A stretch of 64,000 bases of DNA from a virus: IMG/VR virus record IMGVR_UViG_3300037780_000016, positions 1 to 64,000 of that record, one strand, 5' to 3'. The notes under the pieces were generated by a model that saw only the letters and a program-made list of their open reading frames with translations, was not told the origin of the DNA and made no database searches. Position numbers and translations under genes: made by a program. Below are positions 63,117 through 64,000 of the stretch, one piece after another; position 1 is the first letter of the stretch, and every line of letters starts with the position of its first letter.

Positions 63117-64000
63117 ATGGCTGAAGACAATACCCCTGAGAATGAAACGCCGGAAGCAACGCCGGAACATATCGCAATGTTGCAAGAGGCCGTGGACCTC
63201 GACTACTCCATGCCCAGCGCGGCCACCGCTGCTGCTGGTCTGGGTGTGACCCCTTCCACCTTCAAGGCCCTGCTCAAGGAAGCCAAAGAGCTGAACCTGA
63301 CGCACAGCCCGGGCCTGCACCAATTCTCCATCCTGCATGAAGACCCAAGCAAGCAGACGTATGAGGCGAGCGCCGCCGACGTGATCGCTGACCTCCGCCG
63401 GGTGCAGGAACAGAACCCTGAACGGTACATCTCCCGAAATTACTATCGGGCCGTCGGTCGCTTCGCCGAGAGCGTATGGACCCGTTATTACGGCACCTTC
63501 AACGAGTTCCGGGCTCAGGCTGGCATCGTCACGAGCCGCCACGTCAAGAAGCTGGAACGGGACATCGCCAAGCACGCCAGCGTGTCGAACTATCGCCACC
63601 TGACGCAGCTCAAGGGCGACTATGAAGGAAAGTTCCTGAAACCGTCCACGAGCCTGATCAAGACGTTGGTCGCCTGCTCTGACCTCCACGACAAGCGCTG
63701 CGACCCGTTCATGCGCCGGGTGTTCATCGACCACGTTCGCCGCGTCCAGCCGGACGTCATCTGTCTGGCCGGTGACATCTTCGACCTGTACGAGTTCGGC
63801 AAGTACACCCAAGACCCCCGCGAGTGCGACATCATGGGTTCGATCCAGTGGGTCCATGCCTTCCTCGCCGATCTGCGCGACGTCGCCCCCAACGCGGAAA
63901 TCTGGTTCATCGAAGGCAACCACGAATTCCGTCTGCTCCGGCACCTGTCCGAAGCGACCCCGTTCATGAAGATCATCCTGTCCGAACTGCATGACATGAC
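63117..64000 (+). CDS. calcineurin-like metallophosphoesterase, 3'-truncated by the window edge
   Basis: Hand translation from ATG 63117: SDLHD, GDIFD, EGNHE. Confidence 0.85.
   Translation, partial: MAEDNTPENETPEATPEHIAMLQEAVDLDYSMPSAATAAAGLGVTPSTFKALLKEAKELNLTHSPGLHQFSILHEDPSKQTYEASAADVIADLRRVQEQNPERYISRNYYRAVGRFAESVWTRYYGTFNEFRAQAGIVTSRHVKKLERDIAKHASVSNYRHLTQLKGDYEGKFLKPSTSLIKTLVACSDLHDKRCDPFMRRVFIDHVRRVQPDVICLAGDIFDLYEFGKYTQDPRECDIMGSIQWVHAFLADLRDVAPNAEIWFIEGNHEFRLLRHLSEATPFMKIILSELHDM

Noticed and set aside
1-64000. Stop-codon reassignment or prophage integration functions
   Set aside because: Genes are intact in the standard code with all three stops used; no integrase, att site or host genes are visible here.

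Overview
This 64-kb, GC-rich window is part of a tailed dsDNA phage genome with a lambda-type siphovirus tail. A CtrA-like DNA-binding domain and a BTLCP peptidase suggest an alphaproteobacterial host. Nearly all genes are on the + strand. Layout: (1) ~1-20 kb holds many small early/accessory genes behind ~13 copies of a conserved promoter/leader cassette (TTGnnn-N16/17-TA(T/G)TCT-AAGAATGTAAGGCAA...AGGGAGAC). It includes a chorismate mutase, a BTLCP peptidase, HNH, AlkB and an ncRNA cluster (tRNA-Glu, a tRNA-like RNA, unknown structured RNAs). (2) 20-27 kb holds PhoH, ParB, a ParB-ParB-methyltransferase fusion, a CmoA-like carboxy-SAM synthase and the terminase. (3) dUTPase and ThyA follow. 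(4) 32.8-62 kb holds head and tail genes, ending in a 3706-aa tail-tip/fibre fusion. (5) Membrane proteins and a truncated metallophosphoesterase close the window. Main leads: a possible self-contained chorismate -> prephenate -> carboxy-SAM -> DNA carboxymethylation pathway linked to packaging; a 14-bp palindrome TG(A/C)ACCCGGGT(T/G)CA seen >30 times; a candidate sRNA whose loops are complementary to the conserved 5' leader and RBS of early mRNAs; and a shared C-terminal R-x-hydrophobic-[DE]-hydrophobic motif in unrelated proteins. All family calls are by-eye motif recognition, not database searches.
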